Shown: positions 34,388-43,399 of the stretch, piece by piece
Layout: each line of letters opens with the position of its first letter
Numbering within the stretch: the first letter of the stretch is position 1
Assembly (NCBI GenBank): GCA_963717505.1
Contig: OY970342.1
Location: 1,152,001-1,216,000, forward strand
Source of the DNA: Candidatus Eiseniibacteriota bacterium
Lineage (GTDB): Bacteria; Eisenbacteria; RBG-16-71-46
Length of the DNA: 64,000 bases
Reading direction: 5' to 3'
Translations under genes and position numbers: made by a program
The notes under the pieces: model-generated
The model's input: the letters and a program-made list of their open reading frames with translations, nothing else
Database searches by the model: none
Told to the model about the DNA's origin: nothing

Positions 34388-36448
34388 TCACGACCCTCGG
34401 GTCGAATCGCGATCCGCCGAGGAAGTTCGCGCCAACAGGTCCGCGTGCTCGCAGTCCTCGATCCAGAAACGGACCAGTTCTGCGGCCGCGAGCGGCGACA
34501 TGCCATGGGTCCAATCGGCGAGCGGTTGCTCATCCGCGCGCCAGGTCGACGGAATCCCGCCCACGCCCTCGCCGGCCATCCAATCGGTGAGCGCCACCAG
34601 TCGATCGCGCGTCGTCGCCAGGGATTCGGCGCTGCGCGCCGACGAGCGGACCACCGCCGACAACCAAGGACCCAGCCACGAGCTCGCGGCGCTCTCGTCG
34701 TCGGGGGTGGACCGCAGGCCGAACGGAGTCGCGAGCTTGCTCTCCAGCGACTCGACCACCCGGGTCGCACGATCGGCTGGCAGCAGCGCGGGACTGAGCG
34801 CCACCGTCCACACGTGTTCCGGCCCGAGCCCACGGACCGGTTGATCGTCACGCAGCCGGTCGTACAGTCGGCCGCGCTTGGCGTCCCAGAACAACTCGAG
34901 AAACCGCTTCTGGTGATCCTGAGCCCAGGCCAGATAGAACGCGGCGATCTCGCGGCGCCCCGCGGCGCGCGCCAGTCCGGCCATGGCGATATAGGCCTGT
35001 GACCACAGCGCGTTCAGGCCGGCACGCTTGACCGGGTGCGGCACGCCTTCGTCGTCGGCTTCGTGCGTGACCAGCATGCCGTCTTCGTCGACGCGGATGC
35101 CGCCCGGCGCTCCGGAACGGTAGTAGCGCATGACTTCTTCGAGCGCCGGATAGAGCGTGTTCTTCGCGAAGTCGGTGTCGCCGCTGCGCCGTGCGCAGCG
35201 CTCGCCGGCGATCACCAGCCAGAGCGATGGCTCGGCGTCGCCATAGACCGGCGTGCCGTCGGACTCGAAGCGCTCGGGCGCCAGCCCCTCGTTCAAGTAC
35301 TCGATGTACCCGCGCAGAATTTCGCGCGCGGGATCGAACGCCCGCACCGCGATCAGGCCGGTCACGGCGCGCAGGGCCTCGCTGCCGCGCTCGATCACGG
35401 GGGGCAGCGTGCTGGCGAATCCGAGGCGATGCTCGCGCCGCCAGAGTCCGGCATCGAGTGCGCGCGACAGGATTCGCGTGACTTCGGGGACCGGGGCGAC
35501 GTCGGCGTCGCGCTTGCGCGCCCGGGCCGCCTCGGTGGCAGTCGCGCGCGCGCCGTGGTCGGCGGCGCGGCCCCACAACTCGAGCCGGTCGCGTTCGTCG
35601 CGCCCGAGTGCTTCCACGCACTCGTCCAGGGTTCGGGGCGGCACGGCGCCGAGTCGCGCCTCCTGGGCCAGTGTGCGGAACAGCGCGTCCTCGGTGGCAG
35701 CCACCAGGTGTAGGGATTGGTTGGCGCTGACCGTGCCTTCGATGTGGCCCGGCAGGAACGCCCGCTCGAAGGCGCCGTCGGCGTAGCGCACGCGCGTCCA
35801 CGCGCGCGCGGGCATGAACGCGCCGTTGTGCCACAACGTCAACGCGGGACGCTCGGCCGAGATCCGAATGCGGACGCGACCGGGAATCCCCTGGACCTGG
35901 GGCCCGTCCTCCGGCGCGAGGGTCTCAGCCGCGTCGTCGGACTCTGCGGCGTCACTCCCCCAACCGTCGGTGCCGTCGCTCGGCGACTGAAGAAACGCGA
36001 GGGGCCGCGATACCACGACCGGACCGGCGTGGAATCGGAGCGGGGGACCTTCCAGGAGCCGATAGGTGACGACCACGGCCTGGTGTTCGTACACCAGCAT
36101 CAGGGACTTCTCGACCAGGGCCGACTCGAGCCGGTAACGCCACGTCGGCCAGGGGTCGACGGTGAACGATTCGAGCAGACGATGCCCCGCCGGGCGCGCC
36201 ATACCGTTCGCTTGGACCAGGCAGCCCAGCTCGAAACTGCCCTCGGGCCCGGCGGCGCGCTCATCGATCCGGAGAAGAGCCGCCGTCAGGGTACCTGTGG
36301 GGTCGGGGGCCGAGAGGTGGGAATGAACCGAGCGCAGGTTGGCTCCCGGCGCGGTTCCCGAGGCAATTCCGCCAACCCCGTTGGCCAGCCACCATTCGCA
36401 GGCGATGGCCCGCGGGAGCCGGCTCAGGACGTCCTGTCCGAGGCCCAT
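34388..36448 (-). CDS. Glycogen-debranching enzyme (amylo-alpha-1,6-glucosidase) homologue, catalytic motifs degenerate
   Basis: GDE N-terminal EWWLANGVGGIASGT, GLAPERF, NALW, LATPFGLRS; WGRD, TWMD and YHQG motifs absent. Confidence 0.8.
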   Translation of the reverse strand: MGLGQDVLSRLPRAIACEWWLANGVGGIASGTAPGANLRSVHSHLSAPDPTGTLTAALLRIDERAAGPEGSFELGCLVQANGMARPAGHRLLESFTVDPWPTWRYRLESALVEKSLMLVYEHQAVVVTYRLLEGPPLRFHAGPVVVSRPLAFLQSPSDGTDGWGSDAAESDDAAETLAPEDGPQVQGIPGRVRIRISAERPALTLWHNGAFMPARAWTRVRYADGAFERAFLPGHIEGTVSANQSLHLVAATEDALFRTLAQEARLGAVPPRTLDECVEALGRDERDRLELWGRAADHGARATATEAARARKRDADVAPVPEVTRILSRALDAGLWRREHRLGFASTLPPVIERGSEALRAVTGLIAVRAFDPAREILRGYIEYLNEGLAPERFESDGTPVYGDAEPSLWLVIAGERCARRSGDTDFAKNTLYPALEEVMRYYRSGAPGGIRVDEDGMLVTHEADDEGVPHPVKRAGLNALWSQAYIAMAGLARAAGRREIAAFYLAWAQDHQKRFLELFWDAKRGRLYDRLRDDQPVRGLGPEHVWTVALSPALLPADRATRVVESLESKLATPFGLRSTPDDESAASSWLGPWLSAVVRSSARSAESLATTRDRLVALTDWMAGEGVGGIPSTWRADEQPLADWTHGMSPLAAAELVRFWIEDCEHADLLARTSSADRDSTRGS

Positions 36449-36638
36449 GACCCGGCAAGGGTACTACAGGCCCGGCGGCGGGCTGGTGGGGATGCCCCGA
36501 GGGGTCACCCGAGGGCCGGCCGGCGACGGACCCAACGGAGAGCTTCCGCCGGAAGCCCCATAGACTCCCGCGCCCCGGAGTCCTAAGCTTGTTTCTGGCC
36601 GCAAGCTGCGGCTCCTCAACTCCCCCAGGAGACGCCCT

Positions 36639-37229
36639 ATGGTCAAGAAGATCCTGCTCACTGTTCTCGGTCTCGTCGCAATCTGCGTCGTCGCAATACT
36701 GGCCATCGCCGCCACCAAGCCGAGCACATTCCAAGTTGAGCGTTCGGCCTCGATCCCGGCATCGCAGCCCGTGGTGTTTGCTCTGGTGAACGATTTTCAC
36801 CGATTCCAAGAATGGTCTCCGTGGGAAAAACTGGATCCCAACATGACCAAGGAGATCAGCGGACCGGAAGCCGGCGTTGGCGCGATCTACTATTGGAAGG
36901 GCAACCAGGACGCGGGGGAAGGCCGCATGACGATCACCGAGAGCGTGCCCGACTCGAAGGTCGCGATGTCGCTCGAATTCATCGCGCCCATCCCGGCTAC
37001 GAACCAAGTGGAGTTCAGCTTCGAACCGGCGGCAGAAGGCACCCACGTGCGCTGGACGTTGAACGGGCATTGCCCGTACTCGATGAAGATCATGACGGTG
37101 TTCATGAACATGGACGCCATGATCGGCAAGGACTTCGAAGAGGGGCTCGCCAGCCTGAGCCGAGTGGCCCAGGCGGCACCGCCGATGCCCCCTGACACCA
37201 CCAGCACGGAGGCAAGAACAAGTTCCTAG
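36639..37229 (+). CDS. SRPBCC/START-domain protein
   Basis: VERSASI, WSPWEKLDP, YYWKGN, IGKDFEEGL; N-terminal TM. Confidence 0.9.
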   Translation: MVKKILLTVLGLVAICVVAILAIAATKPSTFQVERSASIPASQPVVFALVNDFHRFQEWSPWEKLDPNMTKEISGPEAGVGAIYYWKGNQDAGEGRMTITESVPDSKVAMSLEFIAPIPATNQVEFSFEPAAEGTHVRWTLNGHCPYSMKIMTVFMNMDAMIGKDFEEGLASLSRVAQAAPPMPPDTTSTEARTSS

Positions 37230-37270
37230 CTACCCACCCCCTCAACGTCCCGCAAGATTCGGAGGTCGTC

Positions 37271-37819
37271 GTGAGTTTCAAACGGTTACTAGCTGCAGTC
37301 GTCGTCGCCCTGTGTATCGCTCCCGCCGCCGCGCATGCCGCAGAGGTCGACGCCTCGCTCGCCAAACTCCTCAAGATCGCCGGACAAGCTGAATATCCCC
37401 CGGAATGGACGGGGATCTGGGAGTCGGCGGATACTCTCTACGATTGCGAAGGCAACTTGATCTTTGGCTTGGCCGCCAGCATGGACACGGTGTGTGCCGG
37501 CGATCCGATCGAGCCACCGGACGAGACCGTCCAATTCGATTGCACGGGCGATACCACCCCCCCGGACATCGACGTCACCTGCACCGGCACTGACATCGAC
37601 GGGAACTGCACGACAAACTTCACGTTCCGTATCGAGGAGACTCTGGTAGGGAACGTGCGGACGTATGTCTACACGATCAACACGAGCTCCTCCGCGGGCT
37701 GCACGAAGCCTGGGGATTTTTGCTTCGTTCTCCGCGGGACGAAAACCCGAATCTCGTCGAACTGCACGACCGCGACCGATAAGGCGTCGTGGGGGCAGGT
37801 GAAGACGCGCTATCGCTAG
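37271..37819 (+). CDS. Secreted Cys-rich hypothetical protein with C-terminal SWGQVKTRYR tail
   Basis: GGAGG RBS, GTG start, signal peptide ending AHA, 8 Cys in the mature part. Confidence 0.75.
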   Translation: MSFKRLLAAVVVALCIAPAAAHAAEVDASLAKLLKIAGQAEYPPEWTGIWESADTLYDCEGNLIFGLAASMDTVCAGDPIEPPDETVQFDCTGDTTPPDIDVTCTGTDIDGNCTTNFTFRIEETLVGNVRTYVYTINTSSSAGCTKPGDFCFVLRGTKTRISSNCTTATDKASWGQVKTRYR

Positions 37820-37834
37820 GCGGAGAATGCGGAA

Positions 37835-38998
37835 CTAGACCGCCTGCGGGCGCAGCAACGCCGACAGGGGCACGATGCTCACGCCCTTGAGGCGTTTGAC
37901 CGCGAGCGCCTGCGTCAACCATTCGCGCGACTGCGGGGTGGCGCGTAGCAGCACGATCGCGCTGCCCCGCGCGCGTGCGCCCTCGAGCACCATTTGCCAG
38001 CGGCGGTCCAGGGCGGCGCGTCCCTGCGAAAGCGCCTCGCGATCGATCACGTCGTGAGGTTCGTCGTAGACCACGCCGATCTCCGCCGCGAGCGACTTGC
38101 ACACCGAGCCTGCGACCGGCGTCATGTGCAGGAACGGGACCTTCTGACGCCGCAGCTCTCGATAGACGGCCGACATCACCGCCATGTCCTGGGTGGCGAG
38201 CGAGCCCATCTGGTTCGACACCGCGGCGACGGAACCGGCCTGTCCGAGGTACTTGCGCACGGTGTTGGTGATCTCGGCCGGCTTCATGGTCACGAGGATG
38301 GTGCCCGGGCCGGGATTGACCTGCGGGTAGTTGATCGGTTCGAGCGGCAAATGGAGAACGACCTCGCGTCCGGCGTCGCGCGCGCCGCGAAACCAACCGG
38401 CGCTCGCGGGGCGCGCGGGGGCCAACGCGACCGCGAAGGGCTGCGGGAGCGACAGGAACGATCGCGCGAGCTCGGCATCGTCGCCGAAGCCGTAGACCAC
38501 GACCGCCACGCGCACGTCGCTCGAGGCCTGGCCGTCGGGATCCCGGCCGCGGCGCACGACCAGCTCGTGAGTCGCGAGTCCGCCCATCTCGGCGAGCAGA
38601 ACGACCTCGAACTCGCCGTCGCGCGCGTACCGCTCGCGCCCCCGCACTTCGACGCCCGACTCGCCGAGGCGGCTCGTGAGCGCGTGGTTGAGCTGCAGGA
38701 ACGAGGCGCCGTTGCCGAGGCCGACGCGCCAGCGGACGCGCGCCTCGCCGCCCTCGGCCGGGACCTCGCGGATACTGTCGGGCTGGACCCCGCTCGCCTG
38801 CAGGGCCTCGCGCAGCTGCCCGGCCACGAGCCGGGTGACCTCGGCCTCGCTCCCCCAGGGGGAGTAGCGCGCCCAGGTCAGGCTGCCCCGGTCCCCCCTG
38901 AGCAAAAGCCAGGCCTCACCGGCCAGGAAGATGGCGGCGGCCAGAACGGCAACGAACACAATGCCTGAGAGGGCGCTCCTGGGCTTTTTCTTCGGCAT
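37835..38998 (-). CDS. Divergent polysaccharide deacetylase family protein (YibQ-like)
   Basis: N-terminal TM, VVLHLPLEP, SNQMGS. The usual DD and NNH motifs appear altered (VVYGFG, SNQ). Confidence 0.82.
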   Translation of the reverse strand: MPKKKPRSALSGIVFVAVLAAAIFLAGEAWLLLRGDRGSLTWARYSPWGSEAEVTRLVAGQLREALQASGVQPDSIREVPAEGGEARVRWRVGLGNGASFLQLNHALTSRLGESGVEVRGRERYARDGEFEVVLLAEMGGLATHELVVRRGRDPDGQASSDVRVAVVVYGFGDDAELARSFLSLPQPFAVALAPARPASAGWFRGARDAGREVVLHLPLEPINYPQVNPGPGTILVTMKPAEITNTVRKYLGQAGSVAAVSNQMGSLATQDMAVMSAVYRELRRQKVPFLHMTPVAGSVCKSLAAEIGVVYDEPHDVIDREALSQGRAALDRRWQMVLEGARARGSAIVLLRATPQSREWLTQALAVKRLKGVSIVPLSALLRPQAV

Positions 38999-39183
38999 AG
39001 TGGGCGGCGGGCACGTTAAGGCCGGCGCATGATCCGCGCAACGTTTTTGCACTTCAGTGACACGGGAATAGGGGGTGGGTGACAGGCTTCTTGGGCTCAC
39101 GGCCGATACCAGATGTGAGGCGCGGCTCCCCCCCGCGATGACTCGTCCACCCGATGTGCAGCAGCAACTCTGGGAGGTGCCAG

Positions 39184-40029
39184 GTGAATCGCAGGCTACG
39201 CCCCTTGGTCTTCGGTTCGGTCACGGTCGCGCTGTGTTCGACAACCCTCGCGTTCGCATGTGACAAGAACCAATCGGCCGCAACGACCACTGCAGCCAAG
39301 ACGACGACCACCAAGTCCACGACGGCGAAGGGCGCAAACGCGACGTTTGCCGTAGCCGGCGTTCAGAGTTCCTGCTCCTACAAGGCCAGTGCGGCCGGCG
39401 TGACGACGGCGAGTGCCTCCGGTTCCTGTGCCGCCAAGAACACAGCGGTCGCCGCGAGCGCGGGCAAGAGCTGCTGTGCTGCCAAGGGCGCCAAAGCGAA
39501 CACCACGACCGCGGCCAAGGCCACCACGACCCAGGGCGAAGCCAGTTGCCACTCCGAAGACGCCAGTGCGGCCGGCTTCGATGCCGTCCTCACCGGCGGC
39601 GGACAGTGCAACGGCAAGGGCGTGACCACCATGGCCGGCCGGACGAGCCACGGCGAGTGCGATGCCTGCTCGGACATGGCGATGTGCGAGGACGAGCTCA
39701 AGACGGCGGGCTCGCAGTTCCAGGTGGTGCCGCTCAAGAACGGCGTCATGTACGTCTACACGGCCAACAACTCCAAGAGCGTGCACGCGGTGCAGACGGC
39801 GATCGCGCGCCGCTCCGAGCGGATCAACGCGCTGGTGTCGGCGACCAAGGCGAATCTGTGCCCCGACTGCAAGGCCATGCGCGGGGCGCTGGCGAGCGGC
39901 AAGCTCACCCGTGAGGTCGTGAATGTCGAAGGCGGCTCGATCAGCCTGGTCACGTCGAACGACCCGGCGATCGTCGCGAAGCTGTATGCCATGGCGGGGC
40001 TCGAGAACACGAAGGCAGTCAAGAGCTGA
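39184..40029 (+). CDS. Exported Cys-rich hypothetical protein
   Basis: GGAGG RBS, GTG start, signal peptide, Ala/Thr/Lys low-complexity region, CC, CDAC and CPDC motifs. Confidence 0.72.
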   Translation: MNRRLRPLVFGSVTVALCSTTLAFACDKNQSAATTTAAKTTTTKSTTAKGANATFAVAGVQSSCSYKASAAGVTTASASGSCAAKNTAVAASAGKSCCAAKGAKANTTTAAKATTTQGEASCHSEDASAAGFDAVLTGGGQCNGKGVTTMAGRTSHGECDACSDMAMCEDELKTAGSQFQVVPLKNGVMYVYTANNSKSVHAVQTAIARRSERINALVSATKANLCPDCKAMRGALASGKLTREVVNVEGGSISLVTSNDPAIVAKLYAMAGLENTKAVKS

Positions 40030-40052
40030 TCGCGGTCCAATCCCACGCGCGG

Positions 40053-40081
40053 AGGCCGGTCCGGAAACGGGCCGGCCTTTT
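40053..40081 (+). terminator. Intrinsic terminator
   Basis: AGGCCGGTCCG-GAAA-CGGGCCGGCCT stem followed by a T run. Confidence 0.75.
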
Positions 40082-40100
40082 GCGTTAGGCTCTTTCGGTC

Positions 40101-41660
40101 ATGGCGCTCTCTCCATTCCGTCGTCGCGGGCTGGTGATCCTCACGTTGGCGGTCACCGTGCCCGCCCTGGTGTTGGCCGCGATCGCCGTCGGCCTGACGC
40201 TGCGCATCTCGCGTGCCGTCGAAGACGAAAGCGTGCGGTTCAACACCTACCTGGCCCAGCTCGTGGCCGAGGCCTTCGAGCAGGAGCTGATGGATCACCT
40301 GCGTCACGGGGTACAGGCGGCGGAAAACGTCGCGCGCAACGGGGGCGACGTACCGCAGATCCTGGCCGCGCTGGGCGGCGAAGCCTCCGAGTTTCGCGGC
40401 GCGCATTTCGTCGGACTCGAGGACCTGAACGGCTACTCGCTGCTGATCATCGAATCCCAGCCGCTGCTCTATTCCGTGGGCGACGGGTCGCACGCGGGCG
40501 AGCAATTCGCCGGGGTCCTGATGCGCGACCCCGAGGGCCAGGTGATGGGCGCCGGCGGCTGGTGGATCAGCTCGCGCGAGTTCCTCACCGGGCATCTCGA
40601 GCGCGTGGTGCAGGACCGCCTGCCCTCGAATCCGCGCATGTACGGTGGTTTCGAATCGACGCGCCGCCTGAGCGTTCAGCTGTTCGATCCCGCCGGCCTC
40701 GAAATCGGCCGCGTGCGCACGCCGGAGTACGGGCGCACCGCGCGCATCGAAGCGCTGCAGGGGCCGTTCGACGGCTACTCGGTGCGGGTCGCGGCGACCG
40801 CCATCTCGACCGTGGTCTGGGCCGGGCGATTCGTCACGCTCCAGGTCGCGTTCATCGTTCTGATGGCGCTCGCGGTCGTGGTCGCCGCGGTGTTCGGGCT
40901 GCGCTATACGATTCGGCAGCTCGAGCTGGCGCAGCTCAAGGCAGGCTTCGTTTCCAACGTGACCCACGAGCTCAAGACCCCGATCGCGACCATCCGGCTG
41001 GCCGTCGAGACGCTCGAGCTCAAGCGGGTCCGCAATCCCGAGGAGGCCGAAAAGTTCCTGCAGATGATCAGCCGCGAGACCATTCGGCTGAGCCATCTGG
41101 TCGAGAACATCCTCGACTTCGCGCGCCTCGAGGCCGGACAGCGGGTGTTCCGCATGGAGCCGATCACCGTGTCGCAGATCGTCGAGGAGGCGCTCGAGAC
41201 GTTCCGGCCGCGGCTCGAGCACCTGGGGTTCACGCTCGAAGAGCAGGTTCCGGACGGGCTGCCGCGGGTCAACGTCGACGGCGTCGCAATCACCCACTGC
41301 GTGCTCAACCTGCTCGACAACGCGGTCAAGTATTCCAAGGAGCGGAAGCACATCCGGGTGGCCGCCGGCGCCAAGGGCGACGATGTGTGGATCGCGGTGA
41401 CCGATCAGGGCATCGGGATCGCGCCCGGCGACCGGGATCGAGTGTTCGAGAAGTTCGTGCGTCTGGAGACCGGCCTGGTCCACGACGTCAAAGGCTCAGG
41501 CCTCGGTCTGTCGCTGGTCGCGCAGATCCTGGCGGCGCATGGCGGGCGGGTCGAGGTCGAGAGCGAACCCGGCCGCGGCAGCACGTTCACCCTGCATTTG
41601 CCGGCCGCTGGCGGTATGGTATCGGAACCCGAGGAACCCGGGCGGAGAACGGCGTCCTGA
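40101..41660 (+). CDS. Membrane sensor histidine kinase
   Basis: Two TMs flanking a periplasmic domain, NVTHELKTP, NLLDNAVKYS, GSGLGLSLV. Confidence 0.93.
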   Translation: MALSPFRRRGLVILTLAVTVPALVLAAIAVGLTLRISRAVEDESVRFNTYLAQLVAEAFEQELMDHLRHGVQAAENVARNGGDVPQILAALGGEASEFRGAHFVGLEDLNGYSLLIIESQPLLYSVGDGSHAGEQFAGVLMRDPEGQVMGAGGWWISSREFLTGHLERVVQDRLPSNPRMYGGFESTRRLSVQLFDPAGLEIGRVRTPEYGRTARIEALQGPFDGYSVRVAATAISTVVWAGRFVTLQVAFIVLMALAVVVAAVFGLRYTIRQLELAQLKAGFVSNVTHELKTPIATIRLAVETLELKRVRNPEEAEKFLQMISRETIRLSHLVENILDFARLEAGQRVFRMEPITVSQIVEEALETFRPRLEHLGFTLEEQVPDGLPRVNVDGVAITHCVLNLLDNAVKYSKERKHIRVAAGAKGDDVWIAVTDQGIGIAPGDRDRVFEKFVRLETGLVHDVKGSGLGLSLVAQILAAHGGRVEVESEPGRGSTFTLHLPAAGGMVSEPEEPGRRTAS

Positions 41661-41703
41661 ATCGGCCGCGCCGCCTGCCCGTCGAAACCCGAAAGGAAAC
41701 CCC

Positions 41704-42426
41704 ATGAAGCGCGTGCTGATCGTCGAAGACGAAGAAGGACTGCTCGAGGGCCTGTCGCATAACTTCAAGTTCGAGGGCTACGAAGTGATGACGGCGAAGA
41801 CCGGGACCGAAGGTCTCAAGATCGCCCTCAAACAGAAGCCCGACGTCATCCTGCTCGACATCATGCTGCCCGAGAAGGACGGTTTCACCGTGCTCAAGGA
41901 GCTGCGGCAGCGGCATCGGGACATCCCGGTACTGATCCTGACCGCGCGCAATTTCGAAGCCGACGTGCTCAAGGGCTTCGACCTGGGCGCGGACGACTAC
42001 GTCACCAAACCGTTCGGCGCGAAAGAGGTGGTGGCGAGGGTCAAGCGCCTGCTCCAGCGCGGCACCACCGGCGCCGGCACCGGACAGCCGATTCCCGCGA
42101 TCTATTCGTTCGGCGACGTCGAGGTGCGGTTCGAACCGCGCGAAGTCCACAAGAGCAGCAGCCAGGTTCCGCTGTCGTACAAGGAGTTCGAGCTGCTCAA
42201 GTACCTGATCGAGCACCGCGGACGCACCGTCTCGCGCGAGGAGCTGCTCGAGGAGATCTGGGGCGTGGACGAAGATCTGGGCGTCACCACCCGCACCGTC
42301 GACACCCACGTCTCGAACCTGCGTTCGAAGCTCGGCACCGGATTCGAGACCCCGTTCATCGTGGCGGTGCACAAGGTCGGCTACAAGTTCGTCGAGCCGC
42401 CGGGCGCCAAGGCGGTCGGCGTCTGA
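41704..42426 (+). CDS. OmpR-family response regulator
   Basis: LIVEDE, LLDIMLP, GADDYVTKPF, TRTVDTHVSNLRSKL. Confidence 0.95.
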   Translation: MKRVLIVEDEEGLLEGLSHNFKFEGYEVMTAKTGTEGLKIALKQKPDVILLDIMLPEKDGFTVLKELRQRHRDIPVLILTARNFEADVLKGFDLGADDYVTKPFGAKEVVARVKRLLQRGTTGAGTGQPIPAIYSFGDVEVRFEPREVHKSSSQVPLSYKEFELLKYLIEHRGRTVSREELLEEIWGVDEDLGVTTRTVDTHVSNLRSKLGTGFETPFIVAVHKVGYKFVEPPGAKAVGV

Positions 42427-42448
42427 TCGAACGCGGGTCCCTTCCGGC

Positions 42449-43390
42449 TCAGTCGCCGGAAACGTAGTCGGCGGCGGCCCGCGCCAGCTTCGCGAACTCT
42501 TCGAGCGTCAGCGTCTCGCCACGGCGCTCGACGGCGATGCCCGCGTGCCGGCACAAACGCTCGATCTGGTCTTTGCCCAGGTCGAGGGCGGTCGCCAGCG
42601 TATTCGCGAGTTGCTTGCGACGCTGCTGGAACGAGCCGCGGATGATCCGGAACAACAGCGCTTCGCTCGGCACCTGGACCGGCGGCTCGGTGCGCAGGAA
42701 GAATCGCACCAGCATGCTCTCGACCTCGGGCCGTGGCCAGAACGCCGATGCGTGAACGGTCATCAGCGGCTCGAGCAGCGCATGGTAGCGGGCGAACAGC
42801 GTCAGCGACCCGTATTCGGGGGATCCTGCGGCGGCCGCCAGACGCTCGGCATACTCCTTCTGCACCAGCAGCACCGCGGCGCGCACCACGGCCCGCTGCG
42901 CGAACAGATGCTCGATCACCGGGGTCGTGATGTTGTACGGAATGTTGCCGACCACGACCAGCCGGTCGACGCCGTACTCGCGGGCGAGCGGGGCTAGATC
43001 GAACTCGAGGAAGTCGCCCTCGACCAGAGTGACCCGGGGCAGATCGCCGAACTCCTCGCGCAGATGTTCCGCGAGTCCGGCGTCCTTCTCGACGGCGATC
43101 AAGTGACGCGCCCGGCCGACCAGGTGCTCGGTCAGGGCACCCGTGCCGGGTCCGATCTCGACCACGATGTCGTCTTCGCGCAGATGGCAGTGCTCGGCGA
43201 TCCGCAGGGCGACCTGGGGGCGGACCAGGAAGTTCTGGCCGAAGCGCCGGCGGGGCGAGAGCCCGCGAGCGGCCAGGATGTTCTTGATCTGCTGGGGGCC
43301 GCCGCGCTCGAGTTGGGCGCGCTCGCGAACGTGGGGAGAAACCCGCGCGCGATCGGGAGTCGAGGACGCGAGACGACGACGGCGTTGCAT
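42449..43390 (-). CDS. rsmA: 16S rRNA dimethyladenosine transferase
   Basis: FGQNFL, EIGPGTGALT, GNIPYNITTP, QKEYAERL, RRGETL. Start uncertain. Confidence 0.96.
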   Translation of the reverse strand: MQRRRRLASSTPDRARVSPHVRERAQLERGGPQQIKNILAARGLSPRRRFGQNFLVRPQVALRIAEHCHLREDDIVVEIGPGTGALTEHLVGRARHLIAVEKDAGLAEHLREEFGDLPRVTLVEGDFLEFDLAPLAREYGVDRLVVVGNIPYNITTPVIEHLFAQRAVVRAAVLLVQKEYAERLAAAAGSPEYGSLTLFARYHALLEPLMTVHASAFWPRPEVESMLVRFFLRTEPPVQVPSEALLFRIIRGSFQQRRKQLANTLATALDLGKDQIERLCRHAGIAVERRGETLTLEEFAKLARAAADYVSGD

Positions 43391-43399
43391 GCCCCGATC

